Shown here: one piece after another, positions 39,701-50,324 of the stretch | Layout of the letters: each line of letters starts with the position of its first letter | Position numbering within the stretch: the stretch's first letter is position 1 | Assembly (NCBI GenBank): GCA_002633005.1 | Contig: NMRA01000202.1 | Location: forward strand, 229,516-293,515 | DNA from: Phoronis australis | Taxonomy: Eukaryota; Animalia; Phoronida | Direction of reading: 5' to 3' | Length of the DNA: 64,000 nt | The notes under the pieces: generated by a model | What the model was told of the DNA's origin: nothing | Databases searched by the model: none | What the model saw: the letters and a program-made list of their open reading frames with translations, nothing else | Program-made: the position numbers and the translations under genes

Positions 39701-42700
39701 TTGAGACACGACAGCCCATCTCCATCACGAATCTTCACATCTCATCATTCCAGCTACTACTGATGGCTAAATCCACAGCCACTTCGTCGTGACTTGCGTT
39801 CAAACGTCATGAACGCAAATCATTTTGTTAGATTATTTTTGGCATGTAATGTACGCTGTACACATCAGTAAGGTTCCACGTATCTATGGCAACAATCCAA
39901 GAATCACTACAAACACAGAATTTTCAAAAAAGATAAAGGTTGGCTCGACAGAAAATGTCTTTGCTGTTGGCCACTGATAAAATGGGATCGGTAACTTGAG
40001 CTACCATCCACAGGACTGAAAGCGAAATTCACTAACGTGTGATGGTTTGTGTATTCAAAATCTTTTTCAGACGTTACTTTTAGCCTCATTTTAGTTAAAA
40101 ACCTGCCGAATGAAATTTTAACGAAAACCAATCATGTAAAAAATTAATTGCAATGATTTTCTGTCAACATGCTATCAAATCAACTATTATCAGAAAAAAC
40201 AAAGTATTTTTTAAGTTTAGATGTTTCTTCAATTTTGGATGGTGCACAAACAAAACATCCGGCACAGTTGAATGACCCTGAACTTCATATTCTATGAAAT
40301 TACAAGTATATTTTGAACATAAAAATATCAACAATTTGGCGTGGGCAATCTGATTTATGGCCAATCTCATTTGAAGGCAATCTCATTAGTGTCAAAGAAC
40401 TTCCATCCGCCTTTCAGGAAATATTTACACCACTCTGTCCGTGGCACGGTATGAGATCGTGCTGCCCCAGACACGCTTGCAAACTCCCACTAAGAAAATT
40501 TTAGCGACATCTTTTGACTGATGAGATTTATTTCATGTTATAACATATGGTCAGTGCAAAGGATTGATAGAGTACATACTTCCAGACACTGGACACTAGG
40601 TGTCACCTCAGGCAGGATTCAAGATGCTTAAATTCACTGAGTTTCTAATAGAGTTAAACTACATTTTCTGAAAAACTATGGGTCAGAACTAACCCATATT
40701 TAGTTTCAGGAGACAAGAGCGTTAAAAAGAGTGCAGGCGGCCTAATCCTTTTGCGATACATCAGGCGTGCTTCGGCCGCAAGGCTGGACCTATTACACTA
40801 ATCACCAAGAGGATTGATGTAATACATACTCTGTTGAACTCTGGTGGTAATATGCCCGTAGTCGGAATCTCTCGGATGAGACCAGTGTTGACTAGGCCTT
40901 TCCTTGTAAGGAACATGATGATGCGGTCCACCTCCATTATGCAACGGATGCGCACGAGACCACGGCACAAGACAAACGGGGCACACTTCTCGACAGTTAA
41001 CCAATCCTGGGAAAACAATGCGTCCGTATTACGGAGAACCTCCTTGCAAACACCCACATCCCATTTAATGATGTAATGATTAGTACATATTTCAAAGACA
41101 TGCTTTTAAGAAATGGTGACAGAGATCGCAGGTTTACACAATATTTGTCAAAAAGCCGTGACACGCAAATCACCATGCACTATCAAAATAGTGTAATATA
41201 TGGATTTAACGAACTCCTTTGAAACTATTATGAAATAAACTTGAGATCGATGACATTCAAATGCATTGTTTTATTCCCTAGCCAAGATATCCTTAAACAT
41301 TAAGTGTTAGCGATAAGATTGTAGTTGACAAAAAACTCTGTAGTTGGCATACCACAAAAGCCAACAGCATTCAGACAAAATAGCCCAAAATCCCCCATCA
41401 TGACACCTTGGCAGAAGCCAAATTCATCTTCAGAGTAGTCTCCCCTGATGACTGAGAATGAAGGGGAATTAACAACAAAGTTAGTAAGGTGTCTAAGTCA
41501 TTATGTAATTAGAATTTTACCCTCATATATTGGCTATTATTCAGTTTTGCTGTTGATATAAATAGCTATCATGACAGAGAAACGATATTTTGTCCGATTG
41601 CTTTCGACCTGTAGTGTAGTATCCAGTCACAGTGTATTGAAGTGGATGTTGTGAATATTGTTTATCAATACCTCAGCAGCATTGATGAACATGTCTGTGA
41701 AGTGTGGGTGAAAACAATTAGCTACGATTACGTCTTGGAACATTTAGCTAAACAATGGGGGCCTCTTTAAGCGAGGCTTTTCAATACCTGCGCTCCTTTT
41801 CCAAGCTCAATACAACTTAAATCATTGCATGCAATACCTGGTGAGAACTGTTCCATAATGTAACAATTATGTTGCGTAGACCGATGTACATTTGTTGCTC
41901 TCTGAAAAAATAAGCAGTTCACCATGTAACATTCTGTACGTTCACCCATTGCACAGAAAATGAACTTGTAAGCACAAACACTTAATTTTGACTAGCTAAT
42001 CTCATTCATCTCCAAAACGACACACAAGACATTCTTTCAGTGTGTTAAAACAGTCCAGTGACCAAGTTTGCAGATTCTCAGGTGAGATATCTCCTGTAAA
42101 TGTGGACCGGGATCAAATACCATGGCTGGAACCAAAACGCACTAGAATGAGTCTCTAAATCCAATGGGTGGACTCTGTAAACCACACTGGCCAGAAATGA
42201 AACAGTGCATCCAGATTTACTGCAACTCACAGGAGATTGGCCAATCTGAACTACACATACATCCAAACACAACAAAAGAAACACAGAATTCTAACATGGC
42301 AAATAAGCGAAAGCGGATTTCATGATTGCCATCGCTCATGACTGGGAATTAACCACCAGTCACACAAGCTGAAGTCTCTATTCCTAAAGCTAGGATTTTG
42401 CTCTTACCAGACTTCTTTGATCACAAACAAATGATACGTTGTTACGATTACTTATGTCTACTGAGGTTCCCTGTTAAAAGATTTAATTACCTGGAGAATT
42501 CCGGAAACTGTTCAAGCTCGTCAGCTTCCATCATATCCGGACGGAGACACATGGCTTTAGTGTACTCATCTGGCTGGACAAAGGGCTGAAAGTTGGCACC
42601 AAGTTTGACCTCTGAAAGCACATCCAAAACACACTGAGCTAATGCTAATGCTAAATAACAAAGTCTGAAAAATCATTAAATATGATCGTAAGGAAAACAA

Positions 42701-45700
42701 TACGTATTGAGTTTACAATATTCATTGCCTCTTTCAATGATAATAGTACATTTTTGGGCATCCTGACCACAGTAAACCCGACAAGAGCAACGTGGGCAGT
42801 GTGTATAGAGGGGATGAACATTATTTTCCAAATTTCCTGAACTTAATAGGTATCAAGACAAATGCTAAGAAAAACATTATTGCCGCTTGAGGACTTGATT
42901 TGACCCCAAAATCCACATCAGATGTACACTCCTCAACACACGCACAAATTTCACGAAGATCATCCATCAAGGAGCTAGGTAGATATTACTCAGCCACAGG
43001 CAAAAAAAAATTGCCACTAAAAGAGGCCACAGCACTCAAGACATGTACGAAAACCATAGTCAGCCATGTACATCCCAGCAGAAACAAATGTGTCAAATTT
43101 CCTTAGTGGTTTGGCCAATAGAGGGGGCCACCAAAAGAATGACTAGAAAAATCATAACAGTCACCAAGTGGCTTAAAATATAGCAAATGTGCCTGAAGAT
43201 GAAATGGTGTTATTGTGTCTTTAACAGAAAGCTGTTTGCCAAATTTCAGAAAAATCCATCATGGAACTCCAAAGATAGAAACAAAAAGGGAATAAAGCTA
43301 AAATTGCCACCAGAGATTTTGGAGATACAGCAGCTGCGGATGCAGGACAGGGATGACAGTGCAACGTGGCCACATGTTTGTTATGCCAACAAACACTAAT
43401 CTCAACTAGCGCACCTGCGTTCTTAGCTGTTGGCATGGCACTTGTTGCACTCATTCCCACTCCATCTGGGAAGTACTGTGTCAGGTAGGGGGCAGCAGGT
43501 GAGCTCCTCAGGAGAGGCGGTTGCACCAGTGTGTTGATCCAAAATGGTTCCAGTGCTTTCTGTGCTCTCTGGAAAAAATTGATGTCTGATAATTCTTGGT
43601 TGGGATACAGTTGTTCAGAAAAATTGAACACTTTGACAGAAGTCCACAAGACTCTGTTAAATTATGACAAATTTTTAACACATTTATTTGGTTTAAAGGT
43701 TATCTCAGGCCTAATTTAGTGGCCTCCATTCTACCTCCTATATTGATTCGTTCATAAAGAACTGACAGCTCCTTATATTTTGAGACAATGCTCAGCACAT
43801 ATCATGACAGGCCATGACAAGCCAACTTGTAGAGCCTGGCCACAAATGATAACAAACTGTCAGTTGCATGAAAGCCTTGTAATAGATCAAGGAACAATTT
43901 GTGGCCAATTTCATAATGGTAAAGGCTCAAATCAAAACTAATTTTGCTTTTTTTGTGAAGAGGGGGGAGGCAGTTTGTAGCCGCTTTAACTAAGAATTTT
44001 GGGAACTTCTTCAAATCAAACTGAACTTCAACCTCATAGACAGGAATTGAGCACTTCAGCCACACTGGGTACTGCAGTAGCGGACAGAAATAACATGTTT
44101 AACATGTTGCTGCATAGCAACACTGCTAGTTATTGTCTTGAGTAGCACAACTTATTTTTGGAGGGCATCTCGATCGTCAACTAGCAATTGGCTTAGATCA
44201 CACAAACCGACAGTAACATTTCAGCTGCTAAACCCACCAACTCAAGGGTATGCCTTCGAACAGTCTTAAACTGAGGCTGTAAGACTACTACAACTTTATA
44301 TACCGATAACATTTGTGCAAAATTCACAGCTGTTATGAACTTGTACGTTATACAACAGGCACACAAACAAATTCAGAAAACCAAGCTTTTTTTCTAAATC
44401 TCAGTTAGCGGAAACTACAAGTACTTCAGTATCATACCTCATCTTCAGGGGCATCACAGTAACCCGTTCGGTCCTTGTTCACACTCTGAAAACGAAAAAC
44501 AACACAGACTTCAAATCTGGCGTTTCAGCTAACACAACCAACACTGGGGAATACAGATAACATCCAGCCAACAGGGTATTGATCAAAAGCATCCATGGGT
44601 TACATAGTTTTACTTAGATTGTACAATGCTCAGTCCGTTCCCAAAACGTTTGTTCCCACTTTCAAGATCATACTAGGCTGTGTATAGGGGCATCACAAGC
44701 AAATTATTTTGTGTTCATTTAACTTGTAGCCAAAAATCAGATTTTCCTGGTCCCTGTTCAAACCGTTTAAACTTTGTACATCAAGGCTTGAAACTGGGCC
44801 CACTCATGTAACTCATTCAGTTTATGTAGGACCCATAAAAATGAACAAATTTAGACAACATCATAACTTGGAAATGGGTGACCAGATTCAAATGAAACAT
44901 TCAGACACTAAATTTTGTGCACTGTTCTTCAAAATGACGTAAAAGATAGTTTTCAAAATGTTTCACCTTTTATATTATCGGAATAAAAAATTGGAGTTTT
45001 ATGACTTTCATGAAAAAAAATAAAGTTGTATAAAACAATTAAGAAAAGTGGAAGAGCATTTTTGAGATTTCAGTTTCATCACTTAAGTTAAACGAAATTT
45101 GAGTGCGTTGTGCTGCATGTATCAGACTGAGTGCACTTTCCTCATACCATAAACCACGGGAAAACAATCAGCAATATCTGAGGACTTTTCACACTAAACA
45201 CAATGGAGGATGACTATTGCTGCGTTTCGTTGTCCAGGTTTTACACTTATGTAATGACTAATAAATACTCGTAACTCGTAATAAGCTTTAACAAATCATC
45301 AGGTAGTGTTTGTGGGAGTTCTAATTTGACACTTTAACAACTGGCAGGGCTGTTTTATGGTGTTTTTGATATGAAACTCGTGATTTTAAAAACTTTAAAA
45401 GCGATTTACGACATTTCCAAACAGCTTCACTTGAGCTAGTTGCATGGCAACAGGCTATGGGAGCAGATGACGGTCAGGAGAGAGCTTTATGTCAAAGGCA
45501 CAAAGCATACACACCTGAGTTTTACTGTTGGACACCATGCCACACTGAAATGTGCGGACAAACTCCTCGGTTAGTTCTAAGTCCTTGGACAGCTGGCGCC
45601 ACTTGCCACAATCTGGTCGATTACACTGTATCCAGTAGGGGAGGTACCGGTCATTCATGAATGTCTTGATGCTGGCCTCTGTCCGGCCCACCGATGACCA

Positions 45701-47504
45701 CTCCTTCTTCCACTTGCTCAGCTCAGGATATCCATCTCGGTGACTAAGACATTTAGGAAAGTTGCAATGGGGTAAGCATTGTCCAGAAAATTTTGACAGT
45801 TCCCTAACTGAACAACCGGACATCACACAGAGACAAAACATTGCTTTAACGTCTCGTAAAACAATGGTCGCTGTTGTAGTTAATGGATACTTTTGTGTTA
45901 AGATTGATGCATATTTGTATTCATATCTGATTTATCAGTATCATGTTGACCACGCAACACCGACAGACAGAAACAAAAGAGACCCCTGGAAAGCGACTTT
46001 CGACGTGAGTCATAAATTTTGTCTTGCACTCTGCCGAACTATTTCCAAACAATAATTTTATTCCTTTTGAGCAAAAGAACAAGGTTGCTGAAAACACCCA
46101 TAATTACATGCTCAGATAATTTGTACAAATTATCTCTAAACTACAATGTCCTAACAATTACATGTAAAAATGTTAATTAATAATTTCCAAACAGGAAAAA
46201 AGTCAAAATTCCTGACTTAGTAACTTTTCCATGAAACAGGCCTCTATTGATTAATCTGATAGCAGAGACACCTATTGCTAGTAAATTCTAATAAAACTAA
46301 CTACAGAATACAAACATCACATGATCTGATGTTAAATGACAGTGAATATCACCAAAGCCTGTTGGATTTCACTCACCTTCTGTAGAAATAGTCAAAGCAG
46401 TCATTGCAGAAATGTTCCCCTGGCGACAGATGATACCAACGGGAGGTCATGCCACTCCCGCAACACCTAAAATGGGTCAAAGTTGAAATAGAACAGCTGT
46501 CTAGCTCAGCATAAAATCAATAACTTATCAAGCAACTCCACAAAGTACCACTTAAGGAAAACTACACTATTACTTGAATTGCTATTAGAATGCGGACCCT
46601 ATTTGTACAACCAGGTGTACTAAATTAGCTCCACTGTCATCTGCTGCAACAAGCAGACACTTGTAAATTTGCAACAGAAATTTCCTTGGAATGGAAGGTT
46701 CAAATATGAAGTCCTAGAATCACTGTACAAGTAATGTCGTAAGTACAAACTGTCCTGATTTGCCTTAAGCAGAGGCTAATCTCCAACAAAGTTCCAACTC
46801 ACAGCATTGATTTTCAAGCTTGACGAAAGTAAGCAAAGCTTGTTGGGGCAAAATACTAACTCCTTACTACGATGGGTCAAAACAGGTTGGGGAAAACACA
46901 ATTACACTAGGTGTTTTGACCAGACACAGAAGGGTGCCTACATTATAACTAAATGCCAAACTTAAAGAGGTATCAAAGTCTACTCCACAGCAAGACTTCA
47001 ATTATTTGACTTGATATGGGCCGAAATACACTCACTGATCAAGACATATGAAAGCAGGGGTAACATTGCTTGTGTTTTCTACCAATGTTCATACTATTTC
47101 ACACTACTAAAGTGAACACATCTCTACCAATGTTCATACTATTTCACACTACTAAAATGAATACACCTCTACCAATGTTCATACTATTTCACACTACTAA
47201 AGTGAACACATCTCTACCAATGTTCATACTATTTCACACTACTAAAATGAATACACCTTTTTATGGCCACACTATAGAAATAGTTTTATACTTACTTTTC
47301 TGATGCATTAGCAAAGCAGATTGGTACGTCTGCAGAACAACCGGAGCGATCACATTTCCTCACTTCTTTCACATCACCAGACGGTGTTGCAGGTTTGGGC
47401 TTTTTCTTCGCTTGCCTAACCCTTGGAGTATCACCCTTTACCTGTTGCGAGTCTTCTTCTTCCTCAATGAATTTTACAGGTCGCTTGCGCACTCTTGTTG
47501 ACAT
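15651..47504 (-). CDS. KDM1B: Lysine-specific histone demethylase 1B (LSD2/AOF1), multi-exon gene: C4H2C2 zinc finger, zf-CW, SWIRM and amine oxidase domains
   Basis: GT-AG exons with consistent phases: 47504-47296, 46466-46377, 45743-45515, 44485-44438, 43568-43415, 42611-42491, 41901-41838, 41006-40830, [one exon not visible], 33128-32994, 32422-32251, 30926-30667, 29358-29281, 24314-24198, 19792-19667, 18401-18276, 16741-16589, 15749-15651. The visible exons sum to 2358 nt (785 aa plus stop). LSD2 motifs recognised: [88 protein letters not shown]. Confidence 0.95.
16589..16741 (-). CDS. KDM1B: KDM1B amine oxidase exon ([13 protein letters not shown]...AYSF...IYFAGE)
   Basis: YS and FAGE motifs; 153 nt. 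Confidence 0.94.
18276..18401 (-). CDS. KDM1B: KDM1B amine oxidase exon ([17 protein letters not shown]...LQKLFPDV)
   Basis: ttctcag/GTAGGT, 126 nt, phase 0-0. Confidence 0.88.
19667..19792 (-). CDS. KDM1B: KDM1B amine oxidase exon ([14 protein letters not shown]...FGHV...[13 protein letters not shown])
   Basis: 126 nt, phase 0-0, canonical sites. Confidence 0.93.
21885..22440. repeat. About 27-bp minisatellite (TTGTACAGTATTCACTGCACTATATTG), about 20 degenerate units
   Basis: Direct reading; gives the repetitive YIVVQYSLH and YCCTVFTAL ORFs. Confidence 0.95.
24198..24314 (-). CDS. KDM1B: KDM1B amine oxidase exon ([39 protein letters not shown])
   Basis: VTVPL and AI..LG.G..EK motifs, ending in the conserved active-site Lys; ttttcag/GTAAAG. 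Confidence 0.93.
29281..29358 (-). CDS. KDM1B: KDM1B amine oxidase exon ([26 protein letters not shown])
   Basis: tgatag acceptor, GTGAGT donor, 78 nt, phase 0-0; fills the expected V..I.Y....V.V.T..G segment. Confidence 0.85.
30667..30926 (-). CDS. KDM1B: KDM1B amine oxidase exon ([35 protein letters not shown])
   Basis: Conserved LSD-family motif; phase 1-0. Confidence 0.95.
31452..31670 (+). pseudogene. Frameshifted THAP-domain relic, probably from a DNA transposon
   Basis: [21 protein letters not shown] / [25 protein letters not shown]...DFEPN fits the THAP C..C...P...R..W...F.P pattern; frameshift near 31515; the final C/H ligands are degraded. Confidence 0.6.
32251..32422 (-). CDS. 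KDM1B: KDM1B amine oxidase exon (AGLELRPL...[21 protein letters not shown])
   Basis: LSD2 [12 protein letters not shown] motif; phase 0-1. Confidence 0.93.
32741..32910. mobile_element. About 170-bp MITE
   Basis: Imperfect TIR GGGGCTGTTTTTTGAAGGGACTA / TAGACTCTTCGAGAAAACAGCCCC. Confidence 0.7.
32994..33128 (-). CDS. KDM1B: KDM1B amine oxidase exon ([17 protein letters not shown]...[21 protein letters not shown])
   Basis: LEA..R.GGR and GAQ flavin amine oxidase motifs; tttag/GTGAGT. Not in the ORF track. Confidence 0.95.
33303..34030 (+). mobile_element. Truncated, frameshifted Tc1/mariner-superfamily transposon (left TIR plus transposase N-terminus)
   Basis: TIR-like CAGGTGTCCCAAAAAGTGACCC; from the ATG at 33610: [21 protein letters not shown]...[30 protein letters not shown] (degenerate GRPR-type linker), with frameshifts. 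Confidence 0.75.
34599..34885. other. Assembly gap (287 N) within KDM1B
   Basis: Run of N. Other gaps are at 4411-4523 and 62845-63314. Confidence 0.99.
35451..35560 (+). mobile_element. Degenerate tRNA-derived SINE head
   Basis: A-box-like TGACCTAGACGG and B-box-like GGTTTGAGACC at tRNA spacing; no intact cloverleaf. Confidence 0.45.
37018..37023 (-). terminator. Putative polyadenylation signal for the intronic terminal exon
   Basis: AATAAA 18 nt past the end of the minisatellite, followed by GT-rich sequence (tgtgtggt). Confidence 0.45.
37041..37907. repeat. 51-bp minisatellite, about 17 units
   Basis: Unit GAAACGGATCATGATGAGGAATACTCTCTTTGTTGCCAATTCATAACCATA: 14 identical 51-mers, two 49-mers and one founder unit overlapping the ORF end. 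Confidence 0.97.
37861..39141 (-). CDS. Large terminal exon inside KDM1B (426 aa plus stop): basic region, PIDLS motif, VKAE SUMO consensus, C-terminal BESS-like motif; probable alternative last exon
   Basis: Uninterrupted 1.28-kb ORF in AT-rich DNA. The acceptor gttttcag|ACG at 39141 is phase 0, matching the 40830 donor. TGA at 37863-37861; AATAAA at 37023-37018. Confidence 0.75.
   Translation of the reverse strand, partial: TRRSNRKSSIKRFSENDLQKKKQKKDCVTSLSKGKSFRVDVECQNSVTEQCRVVMLPVFARRKNRMKTNLQKPLHFSDGKEPGDWGANGSGLLHFTRNSSFRRRVTLKTSGNRKCVKKNLALVEVKNTKARSAVKGQKKIRTFRRHGRTSRKLASKNKSDVLVKEPVHEACIGEALGLNQGPPSSSEVVVEKINKVLPGSKDNPGDDLPIDLSCTQRIGTLALSAVVSNESDGTLASDTFEQYGQTNNLQQTSHEKLCVSISDIHPHDSSSTVAEVQSQCCDHASTLSDTCQQDNVIVKAEPEPNTIASHGSHCTCCGDAAFVSNNLCHDSDNTVNGEERHDMPAVYDTYSLRHDSVSTLSLDTYHQGNRRNYLGNEDEVDNDDSVFFHSLFREFGRITIPGIKADVKAKLFSMVMDGQQREYSSS
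40830..41006 (-). CDS. KDM1B: KDM1B SWIRM C-terminal exon ([22 protein letters not shown]...[11 protein letters not shown]...PEFNR)
   Basis: Acceptor ttcccag, donor GTATGT, 177 nt, phase 0-0. Confidence 0.93.
41838..41901 (-). CDS. KDM1B: KDM1B SWIRM exon ([21 protein letters not shown])
   Basis: SWIRM Y...RN.I..LW motif; 64 nt, phase 2-0. Confidence 0.9.
42491..42611 (-). CDS. KDM1B: KDM1B pre-SWIRM exon ([33 protein letters not shown])
   Basis: Phase 1-2 exon with canonical splice sites. Confidence 0.92.
43415..43568 (-). CDS. KDM1B: KDM1B linker exon ([10 protein letters not shown]...[24 protein letters not shown])
   Basis: LSD2-type PPLL..SPAAP.L..Y.PD.VGMS motif; acceptor tttccag, donor GTGCGC. 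Confidence 0.88.
44438..44485 (-). CDS. KDM1B: KDM1B 48-nt exon completing zf-CW ([16 protein letters not shown])
   Basis: ttttcag acceptor, GTATGA donor; supplies the last Cys and the C..PED motif; phase 0-0. Confidence 0.85.
45515..45743 (-). CDS. KDM1B: KDM1B zf-CW exon ([15 protein letters not shown]...[18 protein letters not shown]...FQCGM)
   Basis: CW-type zinc-finger signature; acceptor cttag, donor GTGTGT. Confidence 0.93.
46377..46466 (-). CDS. KDM1B: KDM1B zinc-finger exon ([29 protein letters not shown])
   Basis: tttag acceptor, GTGAGT donor, 90 nt, phase 2-2. Not in the ORF track. Confidence 0.93.
47079..47258. repeat. 45-bp tandem repeat x4 with alternating A/B variants
   Basis: CTACCAATGTTCATACTATTTCACACTACTAAA followed alternately by GTGAACACATCT and ATGAATACACCT. 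Confidence 0.95.
47296..47504 (-). CDS. KDM1B: KDM1B first coding exon (MSTRVRKRP...RQAKKK...[22 protein letters not shown])
   Basis: Acceptor ttgcctgtag before 47511, ATG at 47504 in ACCATG context, donor GTAAGT at 47295 (phase 2). Confidence 0.88.
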
Positions 47505-49243
47505 GGTGTGACTACAGGCAAAAATTATACGTGAAATGACAGTGACCAAAATAAATTTTCAGGTTTTACTAAAAAAACACATCTAACATTAAAATTTCTT
47601 TGTCAGAGCAAAGCGAACTGTCACACGGACAAGTGTGTATTCATAATTTAAAACTTTCTCAGAAAAAGTTCAGAATTTGGACTCTCGATTGTTTGTAGTT
47701 TCATAATGTCATATTGGAAAGTTCATTTACTCCACATACGAATGATACCAATGCCAACAAGGAAGCACTTCCCGTAGATAGCAACTGACAAGCATTGCCA
47801 GGACCAGAAAATACCTTTAGTGCTACAAGCAAAGCAAGACCTGAGAGGAACAAAACACAACACCTGAAACACAGCCCAGGATCCAATCAAACAAGGCAGC
47901 AAGTCAACCAATTAAAATTAAGGAAAAGCTAAAAAGTTAGACCAAATCGAATTTAGCAAAGATCTAAGTTTTACAGCGGCAGATTTGAAAAGGGAAAATG
48001 AATTTGTCATCGAACAGGTTATTGCCTGGGAGTAATAGTCCTAGGTTATTGCACATTAAAGGTCAATGAAAATCAGGCTTGGTGAAATTAGGTCATTTTG
48101 AGAAATTCGATCTAAGACACACAACCAATGAGCATGGTGCCATGGCGAGGACATAGTAAAGAGAAGTCATAGCTATAAAACCTCATCAATTTAAGACACA
48201 TTCACAACTTATTACAATGCTTAGAAGCCCTTGAAAAATGAAAAAAGCGCAATTATTTTTGTCCAAAATTGGTGTGATTTTGAAGTACCTTAATGAGAGA
48301 GCCCCTTCAAATACCAACATAAGAACTTACAGTTCATTTGCAAGACATTTGAAAAAAAAACTAGTAAACAAAAATCTGACGAAAATTGAGTTAACAACTG
48401 TACACATGAATTACTGTCTTGGTGTTGAAATATTTGTTTGTACCCTTATTTTGCAGCTACATTTGTGGAGGTAGACAGGTAAAATTTGTAGAATAGTGTT
48501 TAGACAGGGCGCCGAATGCAGAAACCTGATGGAAAATAATTTAACCTAAATGCATTTTGCATATTTTTGTTTTGTAGCCATTTCATTAATAAACAAGCAA
48601 TTTGTAATTCACTTATCAGTAGACTTAACTTCAAAGTAAATTTTGTTATGGAAAAGTTATCAAAGCTGTCCCCCAATCAGTCATGTATTTCTGACTACTT
48701 CACGTAGCCAAGCATGTCCCCCAATCATGTATTACTGACCATTGCCAAGCAAAAAGTCATGTTGTTGGACCCGTACCGATTTGAATTTCACAAAAAATCT
48801 GCTGACACATGTCCTTTAATCACCAGGTATTTCTGAAATAGCACCACCCAAAGAGACCCATGGTGGCTCTTTCCATGGTTTAAAAAATTCCTCATGGGTC
48901 TCCTCTGTGATTGTTTTGTATGTATTGTACACACAGGCAAGATGTCAATATTTTCTCAGTATTTGATCTTAAATGGACCACTTAATAGCGCCATCTTGTA
49001 TTCAATTTTAACAAAAAAACCATGATTTTCAGTTACCACTAGTTAACAGAAGAATAATCAGACATCTCTTACAGTAGAAGCAAAAGTGCCAACTACATGA
49101 AATCTTCCAAACAACATCTTAAAGTGTTACACAATATGACTCTAGTATCTCAAAATAAATTTTATTATTGTATCTTACTAGATTCCAGTGCCTTTAGTAC
49201 ACAGCTCATAAAGAAACACACAAAAATTGAAAAAAAAAAATTA

Positions 49244-49926
49244 TGTACAACGTCATGGGTTGAACCCAAGTCGTTCGCCATACTGTTCGGATGAAAGACA
49301 AAGTGTATAGAGTGAAAAGAAAGCAAAGTACATATAGCGTCGAGAAGGTTCGTAGAGGGATCAAAAGATGTGTTTCCGGAGGTTGCATTAACAGCAGCCA
49401 GGCGGAGAACGTCTCGATGTTCCGAAGGACACCAAAGTTGCGCAGAAGTGGCATCGCATCGTGCGCCGAAAGAGAGTGTGGGACGTCACCGTGGACCAAG
49501 CGATTCGGTCCGGGGCCACTCTGTGTTAGTCTGCCCACATTGAGGACTCGTGTTTCGACTCCAGTCACAGGAGACGTTACGATGAAGGCCTGGTTCAATA
49601 AAGGACAATATTTATCATTCAGAAACATCAGCTCTCAATTCAGGATCGTCTGTTGGATGACTGGGTTGACTCGTCAAGCCCGAGGCCGCTTCTCTCACGG
49701 GAGGATCCAGTTCGTAAGGCTCAAAGTAGAAAAGTACGCAGCCGGAAGCACATTAAACTTGTTCTCGCTTTCGTGCAACCCCCTTTCCTCATCCTGGCCA
49801 CCATTCCCGTACGTTTAATTATAGTATTCGTTCAATTCTTGCTCGTAATCGTTGCTTTCAAATTCCCTGCTCTCCGCCGTTGTTCAATGCTAGTCACTGA
49901 TCTCGTGTTCAACCCATGATGTCACA
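49244..49926 (+). mobile_element. LTR-like element (about 680 bp), possibly a solo or 5' LTR
   Basis: TGT...ACA ends with inverted TCATGGGTTGAAC/GTTCAACCCATGA; GC-rich relative to flanks; AATAAA at 49597; followed by TGGCG (PBS-like). No target-site duplication seen. Confidence 0.5.
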
Positions 49927-50324
49927 TGGCGGGAAATGTGAAAATTGGCAAAATTGAAAGAAAAATCTAAATTTCGAGCTAATTACACAAAATAAATATG
50001 GGTTTAGCTAAATTTTAGGTCATACATTTAGTCTGTGGTCACCGGTAATTCAAAATGTGCAAAAATCCATGGTGTGTACTGTTTAAAAGTCTACACATAA
50101 CCAGTTTCAGCGTCCCACGTTAAGAAAACGCCCAACTCGCAATTGGTTGTTGGATATAATCTTAGCTCACCAATTCAGATTTGAGGTTGCCAATTTTTAG
50201 AACCACAGATGGCCGATAGGTGTCGCTTACAATGCAGCCCATTGTGATGCTTGCGCTGCCGCCAGGCGGCGGACCACGTCTAGTAGGTCACAACCAAAAA
50301 CAGTGCACAGAAACGAGACTGTTA

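Noticed and set aside
41782-41840. Second CAG|GTATTG donor 50 nt downstream of the SWIRM exon donor
   Set aside because: Only a 9-bp match, compatible with chance; its use would shift the frame.
49206-49919. Overlapping 88-175-aa ORFs
   Set aside because: No recognisable motif; they lie inside the GC-richer LTR-like element where chance ORFs are expected.
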